Shown here in pieces: positions 55,658 to 64,000 of a DNA stretch of 64,000 bases (position 1 is its first letter; each line of letters begins with the position of its first letter). Under the pieces are notes generated by a model. That model was not told where the DNA came from. It worked only from the letters and a program-made list of their open reading frames with translations, and did not search any database. Made by a program: the position numbers and the translations under genes. The stretch covers positions 155,771 through 219,770 of the forward strand of contig DASSSJ010000118.1 in NCBI GenBank assembly GCA_035708485.1, read 5' to 3'. Source of the stretch: Anaeromyxobacter sp. Lineage in GTDB: Bacteria; Myxococcota; Myxococcia; Myxococcales; Anaeromyxobacteraceae.

Positions 55658-57186
55658 GGGGCACCGGCGGGGGTCGCGCCGGCGGGCGGCTCGATCGCGG
55701 CGGCCGGCACCGGAGCGCGCGGCGGAGGGCCGTCCAGCGGGGCCTCGAGCGCCTCGGCGAGGGAGACCGCCGGCTCGCCGGCGGCGGGCGCGAGCCGCTC
55801 CGCGAGGTCCGCGAGCGCCTCCGCGAGGTCGTCGCGCGCGGCCGCCGCCCGGGCGAGCTCGCGGCGGAGGCGCGCGGCGCGATCGAACGCCGCGCGCGAG
55901 CCGTCCGAGACCTGCTCCGCCGCGCGCAGGTCGAAGGTGCGCCGCGCGTCGCGCCGGAGCGCGTCGAGGGCGCGGTCGAGCTGCGCGAGCGCCTCCGCGT
56001 CGAGATCGGAGCGCGTCCACGGCTTGAGCCGCTCGCCGCGACCGGCCCACACCCGGCCGAGCGCGCCGAACCCCGGGGCGTCGCGCGCGGGCAGGTCCTC
56101 CACGACGAGGAGCGGGGCGGCGCGCACCGGGAAGTCGAGCGGGAGCAGCTCGAACAGCAGCGCGCCGTCGGCGCGGACGCGGACCCGGGCGGGGTGGGGG
56201 CCGAAGGGGAACCACGGCTCGAGCGCGTCGCGCGACGCCGCCGCGAGCGCCGCCCGCGCCTGCGCGTCGAGCGGGGGCGGGGCCGCCGCGCGCGGGCGCG
56301 CCGCGCGCCGGAGCGTCGTCATGAGGTCGCGCACCTGATCGATCCCGACCACGACGTTGAGCGCGGTCCCCCGCGCGTAGGTCGCGTGGTACACGCCCAC
56401 GAGCTCGAGCTGGCCCGTCCGGCACGAGACGGCGAGCACCGGGCTCCCCGAGCTGCCGGGCGAGAGGAGCGCGTCCACCACGAAGTCGTCGTGATCCCAC
56501 TCCCCCTGCTCGTCGTGGTCGAACGGCGAGATCACCTTTCCGACGTTGTCCGCCCGGAACGCGCCGAGCGGGAACCCGCGGACGTTGACCACGTTCCGCT
56601 CGCGCAGCGCGGCGCTCTTGCCGACCCGCCACGGGATGACCGGGAGCGGCTGCGCCGACTTCAGCACGGCGACGTCGAGCTGCGGATCGGCGACGACGCG
56701 CGAGAGCGGGACGTCGTCGCGCTCGTAGTCGTCGGCCTCGTTGTCCACGACCTTGAGCGCGTCGGTCACGCGGCGGCAGCCGGCCGGGACGTCCTCGACC
56801 TTGTGGTCCGCGTCGGTCGCGGTCGGCCACTCGGCCACGTGCGTGTTCGTGAGGAGGAGCGTCCCGCCGTCCAGCTGCCGGTACGCGAACGCGGTGCCGT
56901 GCCCGCGCGCCTGGACCCGGGTGCGCCGGAGCGAGCCGTCCGCGGTGTAGTACGGGCACTCGTACGTGGCGGTGGCGCGGATGCAGAAGGTGTAGGAGGG
57001 CTGCTGGCGCTCGAGCTCGCGCGCGCGGGGATCGAGCGCGCCGAAGTCGTCGGCGTACTCTCCCGTGCAATACGGGGCGCGCGCGGGCTCCGCCGCGGGC
57101 GGCGCGGCCGGGGCGGGCTCCGGCGGGGGCGGCGGCGCGACGGTGGACCCGAGCGCGACGACGAGCGTGAGGATCGCGGACCGCAT
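55654..57186 (-). CDS. Secreted trypsin-like serine protease
   Basis: Signal peptide; triad LTNTHV, DVAVLK, PGSSGSP. Confidence 0.85.
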   Translation of the reverse strand: MRSAILTLVVALGSTVAPPPPPEPAPAAPPAAEPARAPYCTGEYADDFGALDPRARELERQQPSYTFCIRATATYECPYYTADGSLRRTRVQARGHGTAFAYRQLDGGTLLLTNTHVAEWPTATDADHKVEDVPAGCRRVTDALKVVDNEADDYERDDVPLSRVVADPQLDVAVLKSAQPLPVIPWRVGKSAALRERNVVNVRGFPLGAFRADNVGKVISPFDHDEQGEWDHDDFVVDALLSPGSSGSPVLAVSCRTGQLELVGVYHATYARGTALNVVVGIDQVRDLMTTLRRAARPRAAAPPPLDAQARAALAAASRDALEPWFPFGPHPARVRVRADGALLFELLPLDFPVRAAPLLVVEDLPARDAPGFGALGRVWAGRGERLKPWTRSDLDAEALAQLDRALDALRRDARRTFDLRAAEQVSDGSRAAFDRAARLRRELARAAAARDDLAEALADLAERLAPAAGEPAVSLAEALEAPLDGPPPRAPVPAAAIEPPAGATPAGAP

Positions 57187-57353
57187 CCCCGTCTCTCTGG
57201 ACGCGGCGCGCCGGCCCGGCAACCGCGCGACACGCGCGGGACGCGCGCCGAGGACCGCGCGGGGGTGCGGCGCGCGCGGCCGCGCGCTAGAAGACGAAGG
57301 CCCCGGGCCCTCGCGGAGCCGGGGCCTTCCCGCCGCGGCGGTCGAGGCGAGCC

Positions 57354-57821
57354 ATGGGCGACGTGGTCTACAGGTCGGAGGCGCGGATCGAGCGGGTGAA
57401 GGGGCCGCTGCGCCGCGGCTGGCTGCCGGGCGAGACCGAGCCCGTGACCTTCGGGGTGCACGGCGCGATCGCCGAGCACTACGGCCGCGCCCCGGGGACC
57501 TTCGAGCCGCACGCGACGACGATCGACCACGTCGTGGCGGCGACGGCGGGCTGACTCGTCGGGACCTTCGGAGGCGCGCTGGAGGCGCGCCAGATCCCGG
57601 CGGGCGAGGGGCGGCTGGTCGGGCGGGCGACGGGAGAGGTCGAGCTCGAGGGGAAGGTGCTCGTGCTGCGGCGGATCCACGTGAGGCTCGAGCTGCGCGC
57701 CGCGCCGGAGCACCGCGAGACGGCGGAGCGGGTGCACGGGTTCTACGCCGACTCCTGCCCGCTGTACCGGAGCCTCGGGGCGGCGATCGGGATCACGACC
57801 GAGCTCGTCTGGCTCGGGTAG
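57354..57821 (+). CDS. OsmC/Ohr-family protein with selenocysteine (UGA 57552-57554), 155 aa
   Basis: VAATAG-U-LVGTFGGALEARQI..RIHV..SCPLYRSL; frame continues 88 codons past the UGA; SECIS-like hairpin. Confidence 0.85.
57560..57599 (+). promoter_or_regulatory. Bacterial SECIS hairpin
   Basis: Upper stem GGCGCGC-TGGAG-GCGCGCC (57573-57591); lower stem CGGGA/TCCCG. Confidence 0.7.
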
Positions 57822-57830
57822 GTTCGCGGG

Positions 57831-58718
57831 ATGGACGAGACGCTGCGCGTCGTGCTCCGCCAGCTCGACCTCGAGGCGCTCGGGCCGGACGCGTTCCGCG
57901 GCGACTCGCGGGACAGCGGCGCGCCGAGCCTCTACGGCGGGCAGGTCGTCGCGCAGGCGCTCGTCGCGGCGGAGCGGACGGTCGAGGGGCGCGTGGCGCA
58001 CTCGCTCCACGCGTACTTCCTCCTCCCCGGCGACGTCGCGGCGCCGATCGAGTACCGCGTCGAGCGGCTCCGCGACGGCGGGAGCTTCTCCGCGCGGCGG
58101 GTCGTGGCGGTGCAGGGCGGGCGGACGATCCTCGCGATGGTCGCGTCGCTCCAGGCGCCCGAGGACGGGCTCGAGCACGCCGCGCCGATGCCCGAGGTGC
58201 CGCCGCCGGAGGCGCTCCCGAGCTTCGCGGAGCTGCGCGAGCGGTGGCTCGCGGAGACGGCGCCGCCGGACCCGCGCGTCGCCGCGGTGCTCCGGGCGGG
58301 CCGGGCGTTCGAGTTCCGCCCGGTCGATCCGCAGAGCCCGCTCCGGCCCGTGCCGCGGGAGCCGCGGCAGGCCTGCTGGTTCCGCGCGGCCGGGCGGGTC
58401 CCGGACGATCCCCGGCTGCACCGCGCGCTCCTCGCCTACGCGTCGGACACGGCGCTCGCGGGCACCGCGCTCCGGCCGCACGGGCTCGCCTGGCCTCGGA
58501 CCACGCTCGCGTCGATCGACCACGCGCTCTGGCTCCACCGCCCGGCGCGCCCGGACGAGTGGCTCCTCTACGCGATGGACTCGCCGACGGCGCAGTCCGG
58601 AAGGGGGCTCACGCGCGGGCTCGTGTTCGACCGCGGCGGACGGCTCGTGGCGAGCGTCGCGCAGGAGGTGCTGATGCGCGCCGGGTCGGGGAGACCGAGA
58701 CCGCGCGAGGGCGGGTGA
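57831..58718 (+). CDS. tesB: Acyl-CoA thioesterase II
   Basis: YGGQVVAQAL, HSLHAYF, RDGGSF, LAYASD, SIDHALW, SVAQE. Confidence 0.93.
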   Translation: MDETLRVVLRQLDLEALGPDAFRGDSRDSGAPSLYGGQVVAQALVAAERTVEGRVAHSLHAYFLLPGDVAAPIEYRVERLRDGGSFSARRVVAVQGGRTILAMVASLQAPEDGLEHAAPMPEVPPPEALPSFAELRERWLAETAPPDPRVAAVLRAGRAFEFRPVDPQSPLRPVPREPRQACWFRAAGRVPDDPRLHRALLAYASDTALAGTALRPHGLAWPRTTLASIDHALWLHRPARPDEWLLYAMDSPTAQSGRGLTRGLVFDRGGRLVASVAQEVLMRAGSGRPRPREGG

Positions 58719-58732
58719 CCCGCCCCGCGGCG

Positions 58733-58993
58733 TCACTCGGGCAGCCACTCCTTCAGGTGCCGCTCGGATCCCGCGCGTGCGCGCACGGCGGGAACCGCGG
58801 GTCGTCCGCCGACCAGCCGAAGATCCGCGCGGGCCCCTCCGGGAAGTCCTGCACGCGCGGGAGGGGCGCCTCGAAGCGCGCCGGCGGCGCGGCGCGCACG
58901 ACGGAGACCTGCCGCGGGCCGGGACGGCGCCGCCGCGGCCGCCACCGCCGCCGCGAGGAGCGCCGAGGTCACGACGAGCCGGTGGACGTTCAT
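58733..58993 (-). pseudogene. Small secreted-protein gene with apparent compensating frameshifts
   Basis: Signal peptide and C-terminus ERHLKEWLPE in one frame; middle has GC3 bias in another frame (QVSVVRAAPPARFEAPLPRVQDFPEG). Confidence 0.4.
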
Positions 58994-59081
58994 GGGCCGC
59001 GCCTTCCTCGCGCCGAGGGTAACAGGACGGAGGGCGCCCGGGCGGGCAGGCGGCGCGCCCCGCAGGTGAAGAACATCGAGC

Positions 59082-60056
59082 ATGGCCCAGCGGGACATCG
59101 TCGTCGTCGGCGCGTCCGCCGGGGGCGTGGACCTGCTGCTCGATCTCGCGGGAGAGCTGCCGTCGGACTTCCCGGCGGCGGTCTTCGTCGTCATCCACAC
59201 CGCCCCCGGGTTCGTGAGCTCGCTCCCGGAGCTCCTCAGCGGCCGCGGCCCCCTGCGCGCCACGCACCCGGTGCACGGCGCGGAGATCGCGCCGGGCCGG
59301 ATCTACGTCGCCCCGGCGGACAACCACATGCTCGTCCGGCAGGGGTACGTCGAGGTCGTCCGCGGGCCGCGCGAGAACGGGCACCGCCCGGCCGTGGATC
59401 CGCTGTTCCGCTCGGCATCGTGGGCGTACGGGTCGCGCGTCATCGGCGTCGTGCTCTCCGGGTACCTCGACTGCGGCACCGCGGGGATGATGTCCGTGAA
59501 GGCGCGCGGCGGACTGGCCGTCGTGCAGGATCCGTCCACGGCCGTCGCGCCGGGGATGCCGCGCAGCGCGCTGGAGCGCGTCGAGGTCGATCACGTGGTG
59601 AAGCCCGCGGAGCTCCCGGGCCTGCTCATGCGGCTCACGCGGCAGGAGGCGGGCGTGGCGGGGGCGCCGACGCCGGCCATCGACGCGCTCGAGGGGCGCA
59701 AGAACGGGACCCGGGCGGAGCTGGTGTGCCCGGCTTGCCACGGCGTGCTGACCGAGACGGACGTCGGGGAGTTCCGACACTTCCGTTGCCACGTCGGGCA
59801 CGCGTTCTCGCTCGAGAGCCTCCTCTCCGAGCAGAGCGAGGACGTGGAGCGCGCGCTCTGGGCGGCAGTGCGCTCGCTGGAGGAGAGCGCGGCGCTCAGC
59901 CGGCGCATGAGCCGCACGCAGTCCGACAGGGACCTCCGGCGCCGCTTCTCCGACAAGGAGCAGGACCTCTCGCAGCAGGCGGAGGTCATCCGGCGGATCC
60001 TGCTGCAGGGGCGGGCGCAGCTCGAGCCGACGCCCGCGTCCGAGGAGCGGCAATAG
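59082..60056 (+). CDS. cheB: CheB methylesterase-domain protein with C-terminal Cys/His module
   Basis: GASAGG, VIH, RPAVDPLFRS, VQDP, MP; CPACHG..FRCHVGH. Confidence 0.88.
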   Translation: MAQRDIVVVGASAGGVDLLLDLAGELPSDFPAAVFVVIHTAPGFVSSLPELLSGRGPLRATHPVHGAEIAPGRIYVAPADNHMLVRQGYVEVVRGPRENGHRPAVDPLFRSASWAYGSRVIGVVLSGYLDCGTAGMMSVKARGGLAVVQDPSTAVAPGMPRSALERVEVDHVVKPAELPGLLMRLTRQEAGVAGAPTPAIDALEGRKNGTRAELVCPACHGVLTETDVGEFRHFRCHVGHAFSLESLLSEQSEDVERALWAAVRSLEESAALSRRMSRTQSDRDLRRRFSDKEQDLSQQAEVIRRILLQGRAQLEPTPASEERQ

Positions 60057-60095
60057 CGCGGCGGCCGCCCGCCGGTGCGCGCCGGATGGGACCGC

Positions 60096-61769
60096 CTACG
60101 ACGAGGCGCCCTGCGGCACCGGGGCCTCGGCGAAGAGCGCCTCCAGGCCCTCGAGCGTGGCGGGCTTGGCGACGTGCCGATCGAACCCCGCCGCCCGGGC
60201 GCGGTCGAGGTCGTCCGGCGCCGCGTAACCGCTCATCGCGACGAGCCACGCCGCGGCGTCCGCGCTCCGCCGGAGCTCCCGCGCGACGTCATAGCCGTCC
60301 ATCCCCGGCAAGCCGATGTCGCAGATCACGATCTCCGGCCGGAACTCGTGCGCGGTGGCGAGGCCGCCCGGGCCGTCGAACGCGACCCGCACCTCGTGGC
60401 CGCCCAGCTCGAGCACGTCCTTGAGCGTGGTCGCCGCGTCGACGTTGTCGTCGATGACGAGGACGCGCCGCCGCCTCCCCAGGGTCACCTCGTGGGCGGG
60501 GCGCGACGTCCGCGGCGCCGACGCGAGCGGGAGGGCGACGAAGAACGCGGTGCCCTGGCCCGGGCCGGGGCTCGCGGCCGTGATCGACCCGCCGTGGAGG
60601 TCCACGAGCCCCCTCACGAGCGTGAGCCCGAGGCCGAGGCCGCCGCGCGTCCGGTCGAGCGTCTGGGGCGCCTGGCTGAAGGGCTCGAAGATCCGTTCGA
60701 GCGCGTCGGGCGCGACGCCGACGCCCGTGTCGCGCACGACCACCACCGCGCGGTCGGGCTCCCGCCGGACGACCACCTCCACCCGCCCGCCCGCGTTCGT
60801 GAACTTGAGCGCGTTCCCGAGGAGGTTGCCGAGCACCTGCGCGATCCGGGACGCGTCCGCGTCGATCCAGCAAGGCTCGCGGCCGACGGCGCACTCGAGC
60901 CTCACGCCCGCCGCGTCGAACGCCGGCCGGTGATCCTCGAGCGCACGCAGGACCTGGGTGGCGAGCTCGAGCCGCTCGCGCTGGAGCCGGATCTTGCCGC
61001 GGGCGATGCGGGTCACGTCGAGGAGGTCCTCGACGATCCGGGTGAGGTGGGTCACCTGCCGGTCGATGACGCACAGCGCCGAGCGCGCCGCCTCTCCGCC
61101 CGGGGGGACTCGCTGGAGCAGCACGAGGCCGTTCCGGATGGGGGCGAGCGGGTTCCGCAGCTCGTGCGAGAGGGTCGCGAGGAACTCCTCCCGGCGGCGG
61201 CCCTCCTCCCGCAGCGCCTCCTCGGCCTCCCGGCGGGCGGTGACGTCCTCGGCGGCGAGGAGGGCCGACGGCGACTGACCGTCGAGCAGGGTGGCCGTGA
61301 CGCGGACCCGCACCGTCGGGGGCGACGCCGCGGCGAGCACGAACTCGGCCACCGCGCCCGGCGCGTCGTGGTCGTCGCGCGTGAGCACCGCGCTCAGGAA
61401 CCGGTCGAACGTCGCGCGATCGTGCTCGGAGACGAAGTCGCGGAACGGACGGCCGACGATCTGGCCCCGCGGCGCCCCGAGGAGCCGGGCGCCCGCGAAG
61501 TTCAGCTCGCGGATGCGGCCGTCGCCGAGCACGCGGAAGTAGCCGATGGGCGCGAAGTCGAAGAGCTCCGTGTACCGCGCGAGGGCCGACTCCACCTCGG
61601 CGCGCGCGCCGCGGAGCTCTTCGTTCTGCATCTCGAGCTCGATCTGATGCACTCGGAGCTCGTGGACGATGCGCTGCACGTCGGCGTCGCCGTCGGACCG
61701 CGGCGCGGGTCTCCCGAGCCGCGCCTCGGCGGCCCTGCGCAGGTCGGCGGGCGGTCGGCGCTTCGTCAA
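60096..61769 (-). CDS. Hybrid PAS histidine kinase/response regulator
   Basis: TTG start overlapping the CheR stop; HELRVHQIELEMQNEEL, LSHELRNPL, NALKF, GLGLGL, receiver IDDN/CDIG/KP. Confidence 0.9.
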   Translation of the reverse strand: MTKRRPPADLRRAAEARLGRPAPRSDGDADVQRIVHELRVHQIELEMQNEELRGARAEVESALARYTELFDFAPIGYFRVLGDGRIRELNFAGARLLGAPRGQIVGRPFRDFVSEHDRATFDRFLSAVLTRDDHDAPGAVAEFVLAAASPPTVRVRVTATLLDGQSPSALLAAEDVTARREAEEALREEGRRREEFLATLSHELRNPLAPIRNGLVLLQRVPPGGEAARSALCVIDRQVTHLTRIVEDLLDVTRIARGKIRLQRERLELATQVLRALEDHRPAFDAAGVRLECAVGREPCWIDADASRIAQVLGNLLGNALKFTNAGGRVEVVVRREPDRAVVVVRDTGVGVAPDALERIFEPFSQAPQTLDRTRGGLGLGLTLVRGLVDLHGGSITAASPGPGQGTAFFVALPLASAPRTSRPAHEVTLGRRRRVLVIDDNVDAATTLKDVLELGGHEVRVAFDGPGGLATAHEFRPEIVICDIGLPGMDGYDVARELRRSADAAAWLVAMSGYAAPDDLDRARAAGFDRHVAKPATLEGLEALFAEAPVPQGASS

Positions 61770-64000
61770 TCGCGCTCTCCCGTCGCGCCCTTCAGACCGT
61801 CCACGTCGGTGTGCGTTCCGTACCACTTGACGATGCGCCCCCCCCCGTCGCGGATGGGGACGGATCGCGTCTTGAACCAGTGGTACTCCCCCGCCGAGGA
61901 GCGGAGCCGGAGCTCCGTGTCGAAGGAGGCGCCTGCCTTCACGGCAGCGCGCCACGCCTCCCGGACGCGATCCCGGTCCTCCGGGTGCACCTGCTCGAGC
62001 CAGCCGTGGCCGAGCTCCTCGGACTCCGGGACGCCAGTGTACTCGAGCCACTGGCGGGAGAGGTAGTCGCACGCGCCGTCGGGCCGGCAGCCCCAGACCA
62101 GCGCGGGCAGCGAGTCCGTCATCTGCCTGAGCTCGCCCGCGCGGTCCCTCAGCTCGAGCTCGAGACGCTTCGTCGCGGTCACGTCCGTGAAGGTGATGAC
62201 GACGCCGTCGATCACGTTGTCGAGCGTGCGGTACGGGAGGATCCGGACGTTGAACCAGCGCCCGCTCCGCGTCGAGACCTGCTTCTCGTGGAAGACGAGC
62301 GTGCGCAGCACCTCGCGCGCGTCGTCTGCGAGATCCGGGTACTCGAGATCCGTCGCGATGTCGGTGATGGGCCGGCCGGTGTCGCCCGGGATGAGCTTGA
62401 TGAGCTTCGAGGTCTGGGTCGTGAAGCGCCGCACCAGCAGGTCGCCGTCGAGGAAGAGCGTCGCGATGTCGGTGCTGTTGAAGAGGTTCTTCATGTCGTT
62501 GTTGGACCGCGACAGCTCGTCCACCTTGGACTGCAGCTCGTGGTTCACGGTCTGCAGCTCCTCGTTCATCGACTGCATCTCCTCCTTCGAGGTGGTCAGC
62601 TCCTCGTTGGTGGACTGGAGCTCCTCGTTGGTGGACTGGAGCTCCTCGTTCATCGACTTCAGCTCCTCCTGCGAGGTCTGCATCTCCTCGCGCGTCGACT
62701 GCAGCTCCTCCTGCGTGCGCTGAAGCTCGGCGGCCAGCTCCGCGGCGCGCGCGCCCGGCCGGGGGCCCTTGCCCGGGGACGGCGGCGGCGCGCGCGGGCC
62801 CGGGACGTCGCCGATCACGATCATGACGGTCCCCCGCAGCTCGCGCGGCTGCGCCAGCCGCTGGACCGTGAGATCGACGGTCTGGACGCCGCCGTTCGTG
62901 CCCACGCGGATTCCCGGGACGACCACGGCCCGGTCCTCGTTCAGCGCCGCGCCGAACGCGGACGAGAGCTCGTGGCGGAGCCCCTCCCGCGCCATCGCGA
63001 ACACGTTCAGGTTGGCGCGCCCGACGGCAGGCTCGAGGTACTTGCCCGTCCGTCCGCTGATGTAGAGGATGTCGCCCTTGTCGTTCGTCAGCACCGACGC
63101 GGGCGCGAAGCGCTGCGCGATCACCCGATCCGCGAGCACCTGGAGGTTCGGCGCGTGGGCCGGCGCCGGGATCGGCGGCTCGGCGTCGCGGTCGCCGTCG
63201 CCCTCGTCGGCCGGCGCGGCGGCAGGGGACCTCGAGAAGAACTCCACCGGGGCCAGCGCGGCGGTCCGATCCAGCCGCTCGTAGACGCGGGTCTTCCCGT
63301 CGAGCGGCCGGAACAGGCTCCCGAACGCGCCGATCGTCTCCGCGCTTCCGAGGAACATGATCCCGCCGGCGTTCAGGGCGTAGTGGAAGAGCGGGATGAG
63401 CTTCTTCTGGACCTCGGGCGCGAGGTAGATGAGGAGGTTCCGGCAGGAGAGCAGGTCGAGCTTCGTGAACGGCGGATCGCCGATGACGTTCTGCGGCGCG
63501 AACACCACGAGCTCGCGGATCTCCTTCTTCACGCGGTAGCCGCGCTCGTCCTGGACGAAGAAGCGGTGCAGCCGCTCGGGCGACACGTCGGCCGCGATGT
63601 TCGCGGGGTACGTGCCGATGCGGGCCTTCTCGATCGCGTCCGCGTCGAGGTCCGTGGCGAAGATCTGGATCGCGACGTTCCTCGCCGGCTTCGTCTCGTC
63701 GAGCACCTCGCGGAGCGCGATGGCGAGGGAGTACGCCTCCTCGCCCGTGGAGCACCCGGGGACCCAGGCGCGGAACGTCCCGCCCTGGCGGCCGGCGACG
63801 AGCGCGGGGAGCTGCGACTTCAGGTGGTCCCACGAGGCGGGGTCGCGGAAGAAGCTCGTGACGCCGATGAGCAGCTCCTGGAAGAGGAGCTCGACCTCCT
63901 TCGGGTTCTCCCGGAGGAAGCGGACGTACGCGGACAGCTTGTCGATCTGGTGGATGCCCATCCGGCGCTCGATGCGCCGGAGCACCGTGCTCCGCTTGTA
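61766..64000 (-). CDS. cheR: CheR methyltransferase/PAS protein, probably a CheB-CheR fusion (5'-truncated)
   Basis: YKRSTVLRRIERRM, VTSFFRD, GCSTGEEAYS, ATD, CRNLLIY; NEELQS heptad coil; PAS domains. Confidence 0.92.
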   Translation of the reverse strand, partial: YKRSTVLRRIERRMGIHQIDKLSAYVRFLRENPKEVELLFQELLIGVTSFFRDPASWDHLKSQLPALVAGRQGGTFRAWVPGCSTGEEAYSLAIALREVLDETKPARNVAIQIFATDLDADAIEKARIGTYPANIAADVSPERLHRFFVQDERGYRVKKEIRELVVFAPQNVIGDPPFTKLDLLSCRNLLIYLAPEVQKKLIPLFHYALNAGGIMFLGSAETIGAFGSLFRPLDGKTRVYERLDRTAALAPVEFFSRSPAAAPADEGDGDRDAEPPIPAPAHAPNLQVLADRVIAQRFAPASVLTNDKGDILYISGRTGKYLEPAVGRANLNVFAMAREGLRHELSSAFGAALNEDRAVVVPGIRVGTNGGVQTVDLTVQRLAQPRELRGTVMIVIGDVPGPRAPPPSPGKGPRPGARAAELAAELQRTQEELQSTREEMQTSQEELKSMNEELQSTNEELQSTNEELTTSKEEMQSMNEELQTVNHELQSKVDELSRSNNDMKNLFNSTDIATLFLDGDLLVRRFTTQTSKLIKLIPGDTGRPITDIATDLEYPDLADDAREVLRTLVFHEKQVSTRSGRWFNVRILPYRTLDNVIDGVVITFTDVTATKRLELELRDRAGELRQMTDSLPALVWGCRPDGACDYLSRQWLEYTGVPESEELGHGWLEQVHPEDRDRVREAWRAAVKAGASFDTELRLRSSAGEYHWFKTRSVPIRDGGGRIVKWYGTHTDVDGLKGATGERD

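Noticed and set aside
62550-62710. 21-nt tandem repeats resembling an array
   Set aside because: They encode the NEELQST heptad coiled coil typical of CheR/CheB fusions; no spacers, so not CRISPR.

Overview
Very GC-rich bacterial DNA. Gene content and codon style resemble an Anaeromyxobacter-like myxobacterium (inference). Most long ORFs in the supplied track are GC-rich shadow frames; about 60 real genes were resolved by motif and start-site inspection. In order: an ABC permease/LolA-like/beta-barrel envelope operon; DUF302; Xaa-Pro peptidase and maeB; a stress cluster (acyl-CoA dehydrogenase, GST, encapsulin-type ferritin, GFA, Fpg/Nei); a Tat lipoprotein with a degenerate amidase, an acyltransferase, a LarA-like protein and a TRIC protein; an ECF sigma, Ser/Thr kinase, Cys-rich protein and graspetide-type ATP-grasp module; a complete hybOABCD + hypFCDEAB [NiFe]-hydrogenase locus; an ABC exporter; assorted metabolic and regulatory genes; a membrane protein/YceI/diheme cytochrome operon; tctBAC; a serine protease; OsmC-tesB; and a CheB/CheR/hybrid kinase block. 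Most notable: two in-frame UGA codons with SECIS-like hairpins (an OsmC selenoprotein and a 53-aa membrane selenoprotein candidate missing from the ORF track), the ECF/kinase/ATP-grasp RiPP-like module with a repeated GTCAC-N16-xGTC promoter motif, a pseudo-amidase with a Tat-exported GatC/AtzG-like partner, palindromic elements inserted in-frame into hypB and hypF, and a candidate structured sRNA inside the hydrogenase locus. No rRNA, tRNA, CRISPR array, transposase or integrase was seen. All family calls come from motif recognition, not database searches.
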